Assembly: GCA_027334715.1 (NCBI GenBank)
Contig: DAHWUG010000001.1
Location: 277,993 to 341,992, forward strand
DNA from: Nanobdellota archaeon
GTDB taxonomy: Archaea; Nanobdellota; Nanobdellia; Pacearchaeales; GW2011-AR1
Direction of reading: 5' to 3'
DNA length: 64,000 bases
Under the pieces are notes generated by a model, which was given only the letters and a program-made list of their open reading frames with translations, searched no databases and was not told the DNA's origin. A program made the position numbers and the translations under genes. This document shows, one piece after another, positions 38,907 through 49,004 of this stretch. Position 1 is the first letter of the stretch; each line of letters begins with the position of its first letter.

Positions 38907-39649
38907 ATTCTCCTGTTTACATAATGTGGCTGAGGCAGGTAAAGAAATATCTGCGCTCAAAATCAAGGATAATCGGCTCCCTTGGACAGCCTCTTCTGTT
39001 TCTGTTTGCACTTGGATTCGGATTGGGAAGTTTGTACAAGCAGGCAGAAGGCGGAAGTTTCATAGATTTTCTTGTTCCTGGAATTATTGCAATGAGCATT
39101 TTATTCACGGCCATGTTTGCAGGAATAGAAGTTATCTGGGACAGGCAGTTTGGTTTTTTGAAAGAAACTTTGATTGCGCCTGTTTCAAGATTCAAAATAA
39201 TGCTCGGAAGAACTTTTGGAGGGACAACAACTGCAATTTTTCAGGGAATAATTGTCCTGATTATTTCAGTTATAATAGGATTCAGACCTGATTTATTGCT
39301 GCTTCCTGTTGCACTTCTTTTTATGATTTTAATAGGATTATTCTTCACTTCATTAGGAACAGCCCTTGCTTCCAAGCTTGAAGATATGCAGGGATTCCAA
39401 TTAATAATGAACTTTCTGATAATGCCTACATTCTTCCTTTCAGGGGCGCTTTTCCCATTAGGCACTGCACCGGAAGCATTGAAGATAGTTTCTTACTTCA
39501 ATCCATTGACATACGGTGTTGATGGACTAAGGGGGGCTTTAACAGGTGTTTTACAATTTGGAATTCCAGTTGACTTTATTGTCTGCTTTGCCTTAACAGG
39601 CATTGTCCTATGGATTGGAAGCGAAATGTTCTCAAAAATACAGATATAA
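38888..39649 (+). CDS. ABC-2 type transporter permease
   Basis: 6 TM; overlaps the upstream ATPase gene. Confidence 0.7.
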   Translation: MEGKKMNSPVYIMWLRQVKKYLRSKSRIIGSLGQPLLFLFALGFGLGSLYKQAEGGSFIDFLVPGIIAMSILFTAMFAGIEVIWDRQFGFLKETLIAPVSRFKIMLGRTFGGTTTAIFQGIIVLIISVIIGFRPDLLLLPVALLFMILIGLFFTSLGTALASKLEDMQGFQLIMNFLIMPTFFLSGALFPLGTAPEALKIVSYFNPLTYGVDGLRGALTGVLQFGIPVDFIVCFALTGIVLWIGSEMFSKIQI

Positions 39650-39659
39650 ATCTTAATTT

Positions 39660-39908
39660 CTAAATTCTTTTTCTCCAGTCAACATAGCGGTATCTGCCTG
39701 CAACTCTTCCATGCCACATTTCTATTATCTTTACAAGAACCAAAGTAAGGAAAATCATGACAGAAGCAGGAAACATCCACATAAAGAGGCTATCAATCAT
39801 AACACTGGGGCCTTTTATCAAAAACAGGTAAAGTCCTGATACAACTGCAAAGATAAAAGCTGCAATAATCTCCGCGTTTATTTCCCGATTTAATAATTTG
39901 TCAAGCAT
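39660..39908 (-). CDS. small membrane protein
   Basis: ORF track; 2 TM. Confidence 0.35.
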   Translation of the reverse strand: MLDKLLNREINAEIIAAFIFAVVSGLYLFLIKGPSVMIDSLFMWMFPASVMIFLTLVLVKIIEMWHGRVAGRYRYVDWRKRI

Positions 39909-39940
39909 TAATATAAAAATAAGAAGAAATTTAAAAATCT

Positions 39941-40618
39941 TTACTCAACTTCAATTTCCATTCTCCAGCTGTTGTTTTCTCCGGTGAAGTCAGCGCCAAG
40001 AACCTTGAGCGGTCTTTTGAACAGGGGACATTCAAGGACAAAACTTTCAAATTCACCGCCTTCTCCCGCAGCATGAATCTTGTATTTTTCATTCAGCTTT
40101 GTCACATCCTCAACAAATTTTTCATCAACAACTCTTCCCAGCCAGGACGCATTCAGCGGATATGCAGAAACGCCGATTATTATGACTTTGAATTTGCTGT
40201 TTATTATCTCCTTAAGATACTTAAATTCATCTTTATGCCACAATGGATTTATGCATGAAATTCCAAGGTTGTCGCATATTTTCTGGATTCTTGAAGCCTG
40301 ATACTGGGAATGCAAAGCTCCTGTGACTACCCCGTTTATTTTGTATTTTTTTACAGCATCTTTTATTGCATTTTCCAAATCATTAAGCTCTTCTTCCTTG
40401 ATTCCTTTTGTTGTTGCAACCATCAAAGGTATGCCCATAACTTCTGCCTGCTTTTCTGTTTTTCTTATTGATGCAGTATGAAACATGTAGCTATCAGGAT
40501 TTTCAGAGTGGATTGTTATAAGGCAGGCTATATCATGGCCTTCTTTCTTTGCCAAATAAGCCGCCATTGTTGAATCTTTTCCGCCGGAAAACAAAACTCC
40601 TAGTTTCATGATAATCAA
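39941..40618 (-). CDS. diphthine-ammonia ligase (Dph6/MJ0570-like PP-loop ATPase)
   Basis: PP-loop GVLFSGGKDS; 225 aa. Confidence 0.7.
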   Translation of the reverse strand: MIIMKLGVLFSGGKDSTMAAYLAKKEGHDIACLITIHSENPDSYMFHTASIRKTEKQAEVMGIPLMVATTKGIKEEELNDLENAIKDAVKKYKINGVVTGALHSQYQASRIQKICDNLGISCINPLWHKDEFKYLKEIINSKFKVIIIGVSAYPLNASWLGRVVDEKFVEDVTKLNEKYKIHAAGEGGEFESFVLECPLFKRPLKVLGADFTGENNSWRMEIEVE

Positions 40619-40712
40619 AGGATAATTTGGTTTTTAAGATATTTTGTGTTAGTATATAAATGTTATAAAGGTTATATCTGAAAGGTGTTGAGGCTAAATA
40701 GATATTAAAAAG

Positions 40713-41750
40713 TCACTCTTTTTTTCCATGTGCAACACTCTCTTCAAAGCCCGCCTTTGTTATTTCAATGAAATCTGCTTTTCCTACAAGATTATTCATC
40801 TCTTTGGCTCCTATGTATGTCATTCCTGATGCAAAACCGCCAAGAATTTTTTTGATTATTGGTTCGATATTTCCCTTATAAGGAACAATTGTTTTCTCTC
40901 CTTCTACACTTATGACTTCAGGCATTTCTCCATCAATCTCCTTCTTTTTTACAGTAACATCATAACTTGCAGAACCTCTGTAAACCTTAAATTTTTTCCC
41001 GTCTTTTTCAATTATGTCTCCTGGAGATTCTTCTGTTCCTGCAAAAATGTTTCCGCACATTACAGTGTCTGCGCCTGCCCCTATTGCTTTTACGATATCA
41101 CCTGATGTCCTTATTCCTCCGTCTGCACAGATAGGAATTTCTCCTTTAACAGCCTCATAAACATCCATTATTGCAGTTATTTGCGGAATTCCCGCACCTG
41201 TCTGAATTCTTGTTGTGCACAAAGAACCAGGGCCAACACCAACTTTTATTGCATCAGCTCCTTTGCTGAGAAAATATTCTGCAGCGTCCTTTGTCGCGAT
41301 ATTTCCCGCCATAATGTCTACATTTGGATATTTCTCCTTTAGGTGATCAAGGGTTTTTCCAGCATATTTTGAATGTCCGTGCGCAATATCTATCACAAGA
41401 ATATTTACTCCTGCAGAAACCAAAGCTTCTGCCCTTTCTTCAACATCCTTTACACCTATTGCAGCTGCGCAGATTAAATTCTCTTTTTTAACTTTCCTAA
41501 CCTCATCTGCCTGCTGCTCTATTGCCATGAATCTATGCAAAACTCCAAGACCCCCTAACTTTCCCAGAGCAATTGCCATTTTTGATTCGCAGACAGTATC
41601 CATGTTTGCTGCAACAAGAGGAATATCTATCCAGTAATTTCTTGTTACTTTTGTCTTAAATAAAACATCTTTTCTGGATAAAACCTTATTATATTTCGGA
41701 ACAATCAGAACGTCGTCAAAAGAATACCCCTTTCCTATTATTCTTGCCAT
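40713..41750 (-). CDS. IMP dehydrogenase / GMP reductase family protein without CBS domains
   Basis: Catalytic Cys loop [11 protein letters not shown]; 345 aa. Confidence 0.75.
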   Translation of the reverse strand: MARIIGKGYSFDDVLIVPKYNKVLSRKDVLFKTKVTRNYWIDIPLVAANMDTVCESKMAIALGKLGGLGVLHRFMAIEQQADEVRKVKKENLICAAAIGVKDVEERAEALVSAGVNILVIDIAHGHSKYAGKTLDHLKEKYPNVDIMAGNIATKDAAEYFLSKGADAIKVGVGPGSLCTTRIQTGAGIPQITAIMDVYEAVKGEIPICADGGIRTSGDIVKAIGAGADTVMCGNIFAGTEESPGDIIEKDGKKFKVYRGSASYDVTVKKKEIDGEMPEVISVEGEKTIVPYKGNIEPIIKKILGGFASGMTYIGAKEMNNLVGKADFIEITKAGFEESVAHGKKE

Positions 41751-41948
41751 ACCATAGAAATGTTTGTTTCGCTGGTTTTTATAGGTTGTTGTGACTTAAT
41801 TTATATTTTATATACAGGATGTGTTGATGAAGAAAATGATGAACCCGTAGCTCATCGCGGAAATCTGTTGGTTGAGGGAGAAATGGATGATTTTTTCAGA
41901 AAAGCATGCGAATTTATAAGGCAAGTAGAAGAATAAGTAAAATAACTC

Positions 41949-42863
41949 TTATTCTACAATTTCACCTAAAGGATTGTCATATTTTTCATTTATCTCATAA
42001 AGCCTTTTCTCCTGTTCCTCATCAAGGTTTTCAATTTGCTCCTCAAGCTCTTTCTTCAGCTCTGCATAAGGATCAGGATTGTTTGCAAAATAAGCATCAT
42101 TCATCCAGATGTCAAAATCATTGAAATGGCTGTCCTGGGTGAGCCAGACTTTGTTCTGATGGTCAAGATGAAGCAGTGGAGGAAATGAAACAACCATGTC
42201 ATCTTTTTTTGTTCCAACAAAATCAGTAAATGAAATTTTTGTCTTGTTTTTGTCCTTGCTGAAATAATCCACGAGCTTGTCATAAAGTTCCCTTATTCTG
42301 TCAGTAATGTTGAATTTTCTTTTTGGAAGAGAAATACCCACCTCCCTCAGAGCGTTCTTGTTTACAATTTCCTTTTTTATTCTCCTGTTTTCAGTTATGA
42401 TTGCCTTGTTCAGAGATTCCATAAGTTCCTGCAATGTAACACGCTTGAATCTCGGCATAGGACTTTTTGGAACAAGCTCTGGAATAAATTCATCTAGCTC
42501 GATCCTTTCCATTTCATATTTCTTATCCTCTTTTCTGCCGAAAAGAATGTCATCAATTGATTTTATGTACTTGTTGAGGAGTATTTCTGACTTAATCCTT
42601 AGAAGAAGGGCTGCAGCAAGGAGAACTTTGCTTGAAACAAAGAAATCTGCCTCTTCCAGACCTTTCACCCTCTCAAGGTATTTGTTTGTCAATGTAATTA
42701 TGTTAATGTTCCAGGGGTCGAGCTGCTCTGTATTGATAAGGTCATAAATGATTTCCTGCCATCCAATCTCCCTGCTGAACAAAAGATCATGAATCTGCTC
42801 CTGCTTTACAGAAGGCTGTATTTTTTCTCCGGTTTTTTCATCTTTTTGCCCTCTTTTTTCCAT
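41949..42863 (-). CDS. scpA: segregation and condensation protein A (kleisin)
   Basis: N-terminal DLLFSREIGWQEIIYDLI...QLDPWNINIITLT typical ScpA block. Confidence 0.55.
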   Translation of the reverse strand: MEKRGQKDEKTGEKIQPSVKQEQIHDLLFSREIGWQEIIYDLINTEQLDPWNINIITLTNKYLERVKGLEEADFFVSSKVLLAAALLLRIKSEILLNKYIKSIDDILFGRKEDKKYEMERIELDEFIPELVPKSPMPRFKRVTLQELMESLNKAIITENRRIKKEIVNKNALREVGISLPKRKFNITDRIRELYDKLVDYFSKDKNKTKISFTDFVGTKKDDMVVSFPPLLHLDHQNKVWLTQDSHFNDFDIWMNDAYFANNPDPYAELKKELEEQIENLDEEQEKRLYEINEKYDNPLGEIVE

Positions 42864-42916
42864 ATACTTAGCATAGTAAATAGGAACTTATAAATTCTAT
42901 TAAGCTGAAATATAAT

Positions 42917-43015
42917 AGTGTAGTACCTAAATTGTATGCTATGTAGTACCTATAAAGATCGATATAATATTAATGTAGTGCTTAAATTGTTCTTCTGTAG
43001 TACCTAAAGAAGTCA
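42917..43015 (+). repeat. four tandem copies of a 13-nt motif tgTAGTACCTAAA with 24-33 nt periodicity
   Basis: gtgtagtacctaaattg, atgtagtacctataaag, atgtagtgcttaaattg, tgtagtacctaaagaag, all within a 620-bp intergenic region. Confidence 0.5.
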
Positions 43016-43487
43016 AATCATGTTTCAGCAAATTACTACTTTAGATTAATTATTGAATGTCATTTTTCAAGAGTAACAGTAACGAAACATTTAAATATGG
43101 CTATATGCTGTAAAGATATCACCTCTTTTTCCCCAGGAGACGCTTCAGACCATACTAATTTAAGAGGCCTGAAGCACTCCCGAGGGTTCAAACAAAACCC
43201 CCATTTCAACGATTTTTATCGAGATAGAGATTGACTCTAATTATTTGAAATCACTAGTGGGGTTTTGACAATATATAAAAAGAACCATTTATTAAAAGGA
43301 AAATGAAAGAAAGAGGAGAAGAACTAAAAAGATTAGGAGTAGTCATAAGAAAGGTTTAATTTTTAAACAAAATAGTTTTAATAAAATCAGGATTTTTGCT
43401 TAACTCTCCCGGGTTGTTCTTTTTAATGTTATTCTAAAGTAGTTACAATATCATAATGTTTAAATAGTTGATTTTTCTGGAGAAAAT

Positions 43488-43946
43488 ATGGAAAGGATGA
43501 GAGATAAACAACTGGAACGAGAAATCGGAGAAAGATTGGAGATAGAAAGATTACCGGATGGTAGAGTTAGAATCTCTGGACTAATCTTTAAAGTTAATGA
43601 TTTAGTTGAAAAAGGTCCAATAGAACAGGTGACAGATGTTCAGGGTAGACAAGTAATTGATGAACAAAAATTAGTGGAATACCCTATTGATGATGGTAAT
43701 TTTGGAGGAGATCCTTTATTTGGGCGTAATAGAGAAGATAACGAAAGAATTCAAGAACAATATGAAAATCTTAGATATAAAGCGATTCTTAAGCAAGCTC
43801 CAGAAGGGGCAATTGCTTTTGAAGTTCTTAAGAGACACCCCACTTCTGAATTTCTTACTTTTCGTGGAATCTCTTTACAAACGAGAGAGTTGCTTCCTCC
43901 AAGAAAGTATAGTTGGGATTTAATAAGATATCTTCAGAAAAAATAA
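43488..43946 (+). CDS. hypothetical protein
   Basis: ORF track. Confidence 0.35.
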   Translation: MERMRDKQLEREIGERLEIERLPDGRVRISGLIFKVNDLVEKGPIEQVTDVQGRQVIDEQKLVEYPIDDGNFGGDPLFGRNREDNERIQEQYENLRYKAILKQAPEGAIAFEVLKRHPTSEFLTFRGISLQTRELLPPRKYSWDLIRYLQKK

Positions 43947-44125
43947 TTCTTAAAATTAAAAATTCTCTATCTCTAACTTTAACATGACAAACACGGCTAT
44001 TAATTATCGGAACAGATAAAGATTTTAATAGCTTGACTTCTATGATTAAATTAATAAAGAAAGAAGATCCTAAACCGAAGACTGTTGATTTGTTTACACC
44101 TTCCGTCTGTTTTGAAAAATAAGAA

Positions 44126-44638
44126 ATGAAAAATTTCCAGATAATAAAAAAATTGAAAGAAAGAATGAAAAAAGATAGCGGGTATCTTATCACAGGATAT
44201 CCTTCCCTTTACAAAGAAGTTATCTATAAAATGATAAGGCCTTTCAAAAATGAAAGGATTACTAAAATTATGGCACCAGAAATGCAAGGAATAGTATATG
44301 GGACACTAATTGCTTATATACTAAACGTTCCATTTATTCCTATCTTAAAAAGCGGAAGAGTTCCCAAAAAATACGTACTCTCTAGAAAATATGAGGATTA
44401 TTCTAAGAAATTAAAATCTCTTGATGTTGCTAAAATTTCTGTTAAAAAAGGGGATAGAATCCTCTTTGTGGATGATATTCTTGAAACGGGAGAATCTGCA
44501 AAAGTGTCTATTCAAATGATTGAAAAATTAGGGGGTAAGCTTATTGGAATTTCTACTATTTATAACAGACTAAGTGAGAAAAATGAATCTTTTTTTAAAA
44601 AATATAACTATCACTATTTGGTTAAGTTAACAGATTAA
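44126..44638 (+). CDS. type I phosphoribosyltransferase (APRT/HGPRT-like)
   Basis: PRPP-binding motif ILFVDDILETGES; 170 aa. Confidence 0.55.
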   Translation: MKNFQIIKKLKERMKKDSGYLITGYPSLYKEVIYKMIRPFKNERITKIMAPEMQGIVYGTLIAYILNVPFIPILKSGRVPKKYVLSRKYEDYSKKLKSLDVAKISVKKGDRILFVDDILETGESAKVSIQMIEKLGGKLIGISTIYNRLSEKNESFFKKYNYHYLVKLTD

Positions 44639-44886
44639 GTAGAATTTGTACTCTAATAATTAAGATAAAAAATAAAATAAAAAGATAAATGCTTTTTTCT
44701 TTTGTTCTCAAGATAGATGGGTTTTTATATTCTCAGAAAAAGAGAAAAAAAATTTGCGGGCTTATTAAGATTCAGTATTCTTATTGATTGCTTGCCCGCG
44801 TGATTTTATAATTATAAACATACTAAAATTTAATTCTCGCTACCTGTCACAATTAAACTTTTAAAGATAAAATTTTTGATTGACCC

Positions 44887-45201
44887 ATGATTAAACGTTC
44901 CCCTCTTATTGCCTACTGGGTAATGGATATTGAAAAAGAGGCAGCTGAGAAACTAAAAATAAGCATATCAACAACTGAGAATAATTTTAGGCCAAGGTGG
45001 AAAGGAGATTTAACTTTTGAGGACATAACCCTGAGGTTAATAGAAACATCATTAGAATGTGAAGAAATGAAGAGAATTTATATTGGGTTAAGGGGCTTTG
45101 GAAAATATCCAAGAAGGCTTATGGGACTTTTGGAATATGATGTATACAACAGATACAATGAGATAAGCTTTCTGAAGCATAAGAAATACAGGACAGGGTA
45201 A
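44887..45201 (+). CDS. hypothetical protein
   Basis: ORF track. Confidence 0.3.
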   Translation: MIKRSPLIAYWVMDIEKEAAEKLKISISTTENNFRPRWKGDLTFEDITLRLIETSLECEEMKRIYIGLRGFGKYPRRLMGLLEYDVYNRYNEISFLKHKKYRTG

Positions 45202-45215
45202 TTTCTAATAAATCT

Positions 45216-45428
45216 TTACTCGTTAGCTTTCTTGCTTGTGAACTCACTGTAATGGCATTTTCCGCAGTAAGCTCTTCCCTGCGAAATCATAAGAAAAACA
45301 CCTGGCCCGCATCTGGGGCAGAAACGCTCACGCTTTACTGTATCGCCTTCAATCTTATATTTTGCATATTTCTTGCTTGTGGGCTTATTCTTATGTGGTT
45401 TTTTTCCTTTCTTTTTTTCCTTTGCCAT
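45216..45428 (-). CDS. rps27ae: 30S ribosomal protein S27ae (eS31), zinc ribbon
   Basis: RERFCPRCGPGVFLMISQGRAYCGKCHYSEF. Confidence 0.8.
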   Translation of the reverse strand: MAKEKKKGKKPHKNKPTSKKYAKYKIEGDTVKRERFCPRCGPGVFLMISQGRAYCGKCHYSEFTSKKANE

Positions 45429-45450
45429 TTTTTATTTTATTGTCAATTGT

Positions 45451-45744
45451 TTATTTTGCAGGAGCTGCTTTTTCCTTTACAGCACCTTCTTTTTTCTTTT
45501 TAATCTCGACTATGTTCTTTTCCTTTTCAGAGGAGTATATGTTTGCCTCTATGCTAAATATTTTCTTGCCAAAATTTCCCTTTATCTTCTTTATTTTGAT
45601 GTTTTCTGCAGGAGAAGAAAACTTCTTTGAGATTAACTCAAGAATCTGCAGCCTGCTTGGATTTATTTCTGATTCTACAGTTGCCTTCATTTCCTTTCTT
45701 CCAAAAAGCGGGTTGTTTTTTTCTTCAAGAATTTTTATTTCCAT
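45451..45744 (-). CDS. rps24e: 30S ribosomal protein S24e
   Basis: NPLFGRKEMKATVESEINPSR...IKKIKGNFG pattern. Confidence 0.8.
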   Translation of the reverse strand: MEIKILEEKNNPLFGRKEMKATVESEINPSRLQILELISKKFSSPAENIKIKKIKGNFGKKIFSIEANIYSSEKEKNIVEIKKKKEGAVKEKAAPAK

Positions 45745-45756
45745 TTTTGTTTATTC

Positions 45757-45945
45757 CTATCTTGTCTTAATTGCAAAATTCCCCTTGTCTTTTATGTTGA
45801 GCTTTTTTGCTATTTCTGATTTCTCCGGGTTCAGCACCTGAATTCTTCCCTTGAACCCCTCTATTGATTCCTTGGATCCGCATTTTGGGCATTTTTCACC
45901 TTCGTAAATTGAATTGCAGACCTTGCATGCTTTTTGCTTTGCCAT
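45757..45945 (-). CDS. spt4: transcription elongation factor Spt4 (RNAP subunit E'')
   Basis: MAKQKACKVCNSIYEGEKCPKCGS...IQVLNPEKSEIAKKLNI; the ORF-track N-terminal extension is rejected in favour of internal Met34. Confidence 0.75.
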   Translation of the reverse strand: MAKQKACKVCNSIYEGEKCPKCGSKESIEGFKGRIQVLNPEKSEIAKKLNIKDKGNFAIKTR

Positions 45946-45950
45946 CTTAT

Positions 45951-46553
45951 TTATTTCTTTCCTCCTTTCTTCGCAGCTTTTGCATCTTCCCTTTCTGCTT
46001 TCTTTGCTTCCTTGTCTTTCTTCATTGCATCTTCCTTTATCCATTCAAGTTTTCCCAATCCCGGCTGCCTCATTGTCAGTCCTATTTTTGGTTCGTCACC
46101 CTTATGGCTTATAGCAACAATTCTTGCCATGCATAAATCACCTGATTTGAGGACTTTTTTGCTTGATTTTCCAGTAAGGGTGTTTGTCTTTGAAAAGCTA
46201 ACATAATCTTCCATTGTCTGGCTTATGTGTATCATTCCCCTCATGCTTCCCATATCTATGAAAGCGCCGAAGTTTGTTATTTCAGATACTGTTCCGAAAA
46301 CAAGCTCATGAAGCTCTGGCTTCCATGTAAGCAAAGTAAATGTTGAATTGTAATAAGCTGCTCCATCTCCCGGAATTAGAATTCCGTCTCCAACACGGAG
46401 AACATCTATGACAGAAATTACCTTTCCTAGCTCCTTGTCATAATAATTTGCATAAGTTTCCCTAAGCTGTTTTTCAACAGCTTCTATAGTAGGAATTCCA
46501 AATAGCTTTGGTTCAACACGTATATGGTCCTCAACTTCTGTAAGATAGAACAT
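45951..46553 (-). CDS. rpoE: DNA-directed RNA polymerase subunit E' (Rpb7-like, S1 domain)
   Basis: Rpb7 N-domain plus S1 domain; conserved position upstream of spt4. Confidence 0.8.
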   Translation of the reverse strand: MFYLTEVEDHIRVEPKLFGIPTIEAVEKQLRETYANYYDKELGKVISVIDVLRVGDGILIPGDGAAYYNSTFTLLTWKPELHELVFGTVSEITNFGAFIDMGSMRGMIHISQTMEDYVSFSKTNTLTGKSSKKVLKSGDLCMARIVAISHKGDEPKIGLTMRQPGLGKLEWIKEDAMKKDKEAKKAEREDAKAAKKGGKK

Positions 46554-46603
46554 TTTGACTTTTTTACCTGTTTGAAATAGTAAAAATTGGTTTAAAAAGC
46601 TTA

Positions 46604-46942
46604 TTATATAATTTCAAGCTTTTTTCTTCCTCGAATAACCATTTTTGAGTTCCTTATTTTCTTCTGCAGCCCCTTATCAAGGGTTGCTACAATTGCCCCG
46701 GGATTTTTGTTTGCAAAATTGATTATTGCAATATCTGCATCTTTTCCAGATATTTCCAGCTTCTCGAATTCATTTTTATCAAGGATTCTGAGTGCAAGCT
46801 CAGCTCCAAGACCCTTAAGTTCCTTTATTACCTGTTCTGGAACAAGAATATGCAATCCTTTTCCTTCTATTTCCTCGAAAAAATCTATTTTTTTAGCCAC
46901 TGCCGTAAGTATAAAACTTGTATCAATTATTATTTGTTTCAT
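46604..46942 (-). CDS. PIN-domain protein
   Basis: N-terminal IIIDTSFIL; conserved neighbour of rpoE' in archaea. Confidence 0.45.
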   Translation of the reverse strand: MKQIIIDTSFILTAVAKKIDFFEEIEGKGLHILVPEQVIKELKGLGAELALRILDKNEFEKLEISGKDADIAIINFANKNPGAIVATLDKGLQKKIRNSKMVIRGRKKLEII

Positions 46943-47044
46943 TTATATTTCAGCAAATTCTTGTATAAAAAACTTGACATATTAACATTTATTAACATAT
47001 TTTTGCAGTATATATAATGCAAGAGGTGCCTAATTAGGAAAATC

Positions 47045-47608
47045 ATGCAAGAGAGGGGTAATATTCTCAGGATTTTTCAGGAAACAAGGGCTGCTATTGC
47101 GAGGGATGATTCTGCTTCAATACACTCACTAAGCAACCAGACAAACAACACGGCTGCACTGACAAATGATCCTGATAACATCGCCGCTGCAGTTGTTGTT
47201 TATGCCCTGAGCAACATAATTGAAAAAAAAGAATATTATTTCAGGATTCAGGGATGGAAAAAATTCTATGATTCCTATCTTCTTACAATTGACAGAATAA
47301 TCGACGCCCTTGAAGAAAGGGACGACCAAAAATACAGAGACAACATAAAAATAATCAGAAGCGCAATAGAAAACCTCTCGGGAAAGCTTAGGGGCTACAT
47401 ACAGGATGTTTTCAGAAGGACAAACATAAACCGTGCATCAAAGCTCTATGAACACGGGCTTTCAATGGAAAAAACATCAAAGCTTTTGGGAATTTCCATT
47501 TTTGAACTCGCAGAATATACAGGAGCAAAGCAGATTGGGGATGTCCCGCAGGCAAGGACGATGAATGTAAATGATAGAATTAAACTTGCAGTTGATTTTT
47601 TTAAATGA
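47045..47608 (+). CDS. hypothetical protein, possible C-terminal HTH
   Basis: ORF track. Confidence 0.35.
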   Translation: MQERGNILRIFQETRAAIARDDSASIHSLSNQTNNTAALTNDPDNIAAAVVVYALSNIIEKKEYYFRIQGWKKFYDSYLLTIDRIIDALEERDDQKYRDNIKIIRSAIENLSGKLRGYIQDVFRRTNINRASKLYEHGLSMEKTSKLLGISIFELAEYTGAKQIGDVPQARTMNVNDRIKLAVDFFK

Positions 47609-47853
47609 ATGAACAAATTTTTGTAATTTTAGGATGGATTGGGATGTTTCTTATGATATTAGCCTATTTTCTTTTAGCAAGGAGAACTTTAGGACCAAAT
47701 AATATTTCTTATCACCTACTAAATGGGATTGCAGGAGTGGGTGTTTTAGCAAGTTCAGTTTATGTTAAATTATGGCCTGTTGCTGTCCTGAATATTTTCT
47801 GGATTTTAGTTTCTATTTATTCCATATTAAAAATAAGTTTAAAGAAAAAATGA
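47605..47853 (+). CDS. small membrane protein (2-3 TM)
   Basis: ORF track; stop overlaps the next start (ATGA). Confidence 0.4.
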   Translation: MNEQIFVILGWIGMFLMILAYFLLARRTLGPNNISYHLLNGIAGVGVLASSVYVKLWPVAVLNIFWILVSIYSILKISLKKK

Positions 47854-48581
47854 AACGCGACGAAGTTCACATAGAAAAGCCAAAGTATCTTCCGATAACA
47901 AAAAAGGCAATCATATTTGACTCGGGGCCAATAATAAGCTTTGCAATGAACGGAATGACAGGTACTTTTCGCGAGCTGAAGAAAATTTTCAGGGGAAAAT
48001 TCATAATGACAAGGGAGGTGAAGAATGAGGTGATTGACACGCCCCTGCAGATAAAAAGATTTGAGCTTGAAGCTTTGAAAATAAAACAACTTCTTGATGA
48101 TAAAGTATTTGAGCTGCCGGATTCCGTTGACGTGAAAGATTCTGAGATTGAAAAAATTGACCAGGAATTTCTTAATACTGCAAATTCTACATTCGGCAGC
48201 AACGGAAAAGACATACACATTCTTGACCATGGGGAATCATCTTGCCTTGCGTTGAGCAGAATCCTGAATGAAAAAGGAATAAAGAACCTAATTGCAATTG
48301 ATGAAAGAACAACAAGACTTCTCGTTGAAAAGCCCGACAATCTGAGGGAAATGTTTGAAGAGAGATTTCACACGAAAATTGCAATAAATACGGAAAAAGT
48401 GAAGATGTTCGGCAATTTCAAGATAATCAGAAGTCCTGAACTTGCATATGTTGCATACAAAAATAATCTTCTTGACATAAAAGACGGAAAAACAGTCCTT
48501 GATGCTGTTCTTTATTCAATGAAATTCAAGGGTGCATCTATTTCCGGAGAAGAAATAGAGCAGATAAAGAGCCTGGGATAA
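47850..48581 (+). CDS. PIN-like domain protein (start moved to internal ATG)
   Basis: IIFDSGPIIS, ILDHGESS, IAIDERT acidic blocks; ATG at 47850 overlaps the upstream stop. Confidence 0.35.
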   Translation: MKRDEVHIEKPKYLPITKKAIIFDSGPIISFAMNGMTGTFRELKKIFRGKFIMTREVKNEVIDTPLQIKRFELEALKIKQLLDDKVFELPDSVDVKDSEIEKIDQEFLNTANSTFGSNGKDIHILDHGESSCLALSRILNEKGIKNLIAIDERTTRLLVEKPDNLREMFEERFHTKIAINTEKVKMFGNFKIIRSPELAYVAYKNNLLDIKDGKTVLDAVLYSMKFKGASISGEEIEQIKSLG

Positions 48582-48586
48582 AAGCT

Positions 48587-48595
48587 TTTAAAAAT
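48587..48595 (+). promoter_or_regulatory. TATA-like box upstream of tRNA-Trp
   Basis: ttttaaaaa about 28 nt upstream of the tRNA start. Confidence 0.3.
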
Positions 48596-48618
48596 CAGTA
48601 ACTTCTCCTAAAAATTAA

Positions 48619-48690
48619 GGGTCTGTAGTTCACCGTTTAGAATACTTGGCTCCAGCCCAAGAGAAAAGGGTTAAACTCCCTTCAGGCCCA
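48619..48690 (+). tRNA. tRNA-Trp (anticodon CCA), intron-less, atypical D and T loops
   Basis: Acceptor GGGTCTG/CAGGCCC with discriminator A; D-stem GTTC/GAAT; anticodon stem CTTGG/CCAAG with loop CTCCAGC; T-arm AAGGG-TTAAACT-CCCTT; D-loop lacks GG and T-loop lacks C56. Confidence 0.55.
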
Positions 48691-48753
48691 TTTTCTAAAT
48701 TAATCAAGAATTTCAAGCCCAAAATTTATAAATCAATTTTTACTGAATGAAAC

Positions 48754-48915
48754 ATGGCATCATATCCACCAGGACCACAAAAAGTCAAGATAGATTACAA
48801 CATAGACAGAAAAGCCTATGATGATTTTGTAAGGGCATGCAGCAGGAAGGGAATGGCTCCGCAGGTAATCCTCGAGCAAGCAATGAGAAAATTTGCACAG
48901 ACAGGACAGATATAA
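48754..48915 (+). CDS. small RHH-like protein (53 aa), not in ORF track
   Basis: MASYPPGPQKVKIDYNIDRKAYDDFVRACSRKGMAPQVILEQAMRKFAQTGQI. Confidence 0.3.
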   Translation: MASYPPGPQKVKIDYNIDRKAYDDFVRACSRKGMAPQVILEQAMRKFAQTGQI

Positions 48916-49004
48916 TCATAATCTCTACAGGTATAAACTTAAAATCCACAAGCTTCTTAAATGGATTTTCCGATAGATAAAGATAAAAGGAGTTAATAAA
49001 ACAA

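Noticed and set aside
42917-43015. Possible CRISPR array
   Set aside because: Repeats are only 13 nt, imperfect and irregularly spaced at 24-33 nt, and no cas genes are nearby; treated as tandem regulatory or ncRNA-associated repeats instead
43100-43270. RNase P RNA or SRP RNA in the GC-rich intergenic segment
   Set aside because: Too short (about 150 nt) and lacks the P4 (AGGAAAGUCC-like) or SRP helix-8 signatures; kept only as an unassigned structured element
45757-46044. ORF-track N-terminal extension of Spt4 (MDKGRCNEERQG...)
   Set aside because: Archaeal Spt4 is about 60 aa and starts at the zinc-ribbon MAKQKACKVC; the extension is Lys/Arg-rich read-through of spacer, so the start was moved to 45945
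45252-46206. Several Phe/Leu-rich + strand ORFs (45252..45503, 45362..45841, 45373..45630, 45864..46136, 45914..46114, 45934..46206)
   Set aside because: They are antisense to the conserved rps27ae/rps24e/spt4/rpoE' genes, low-complexity and codon-biased by AT-richness; spurious
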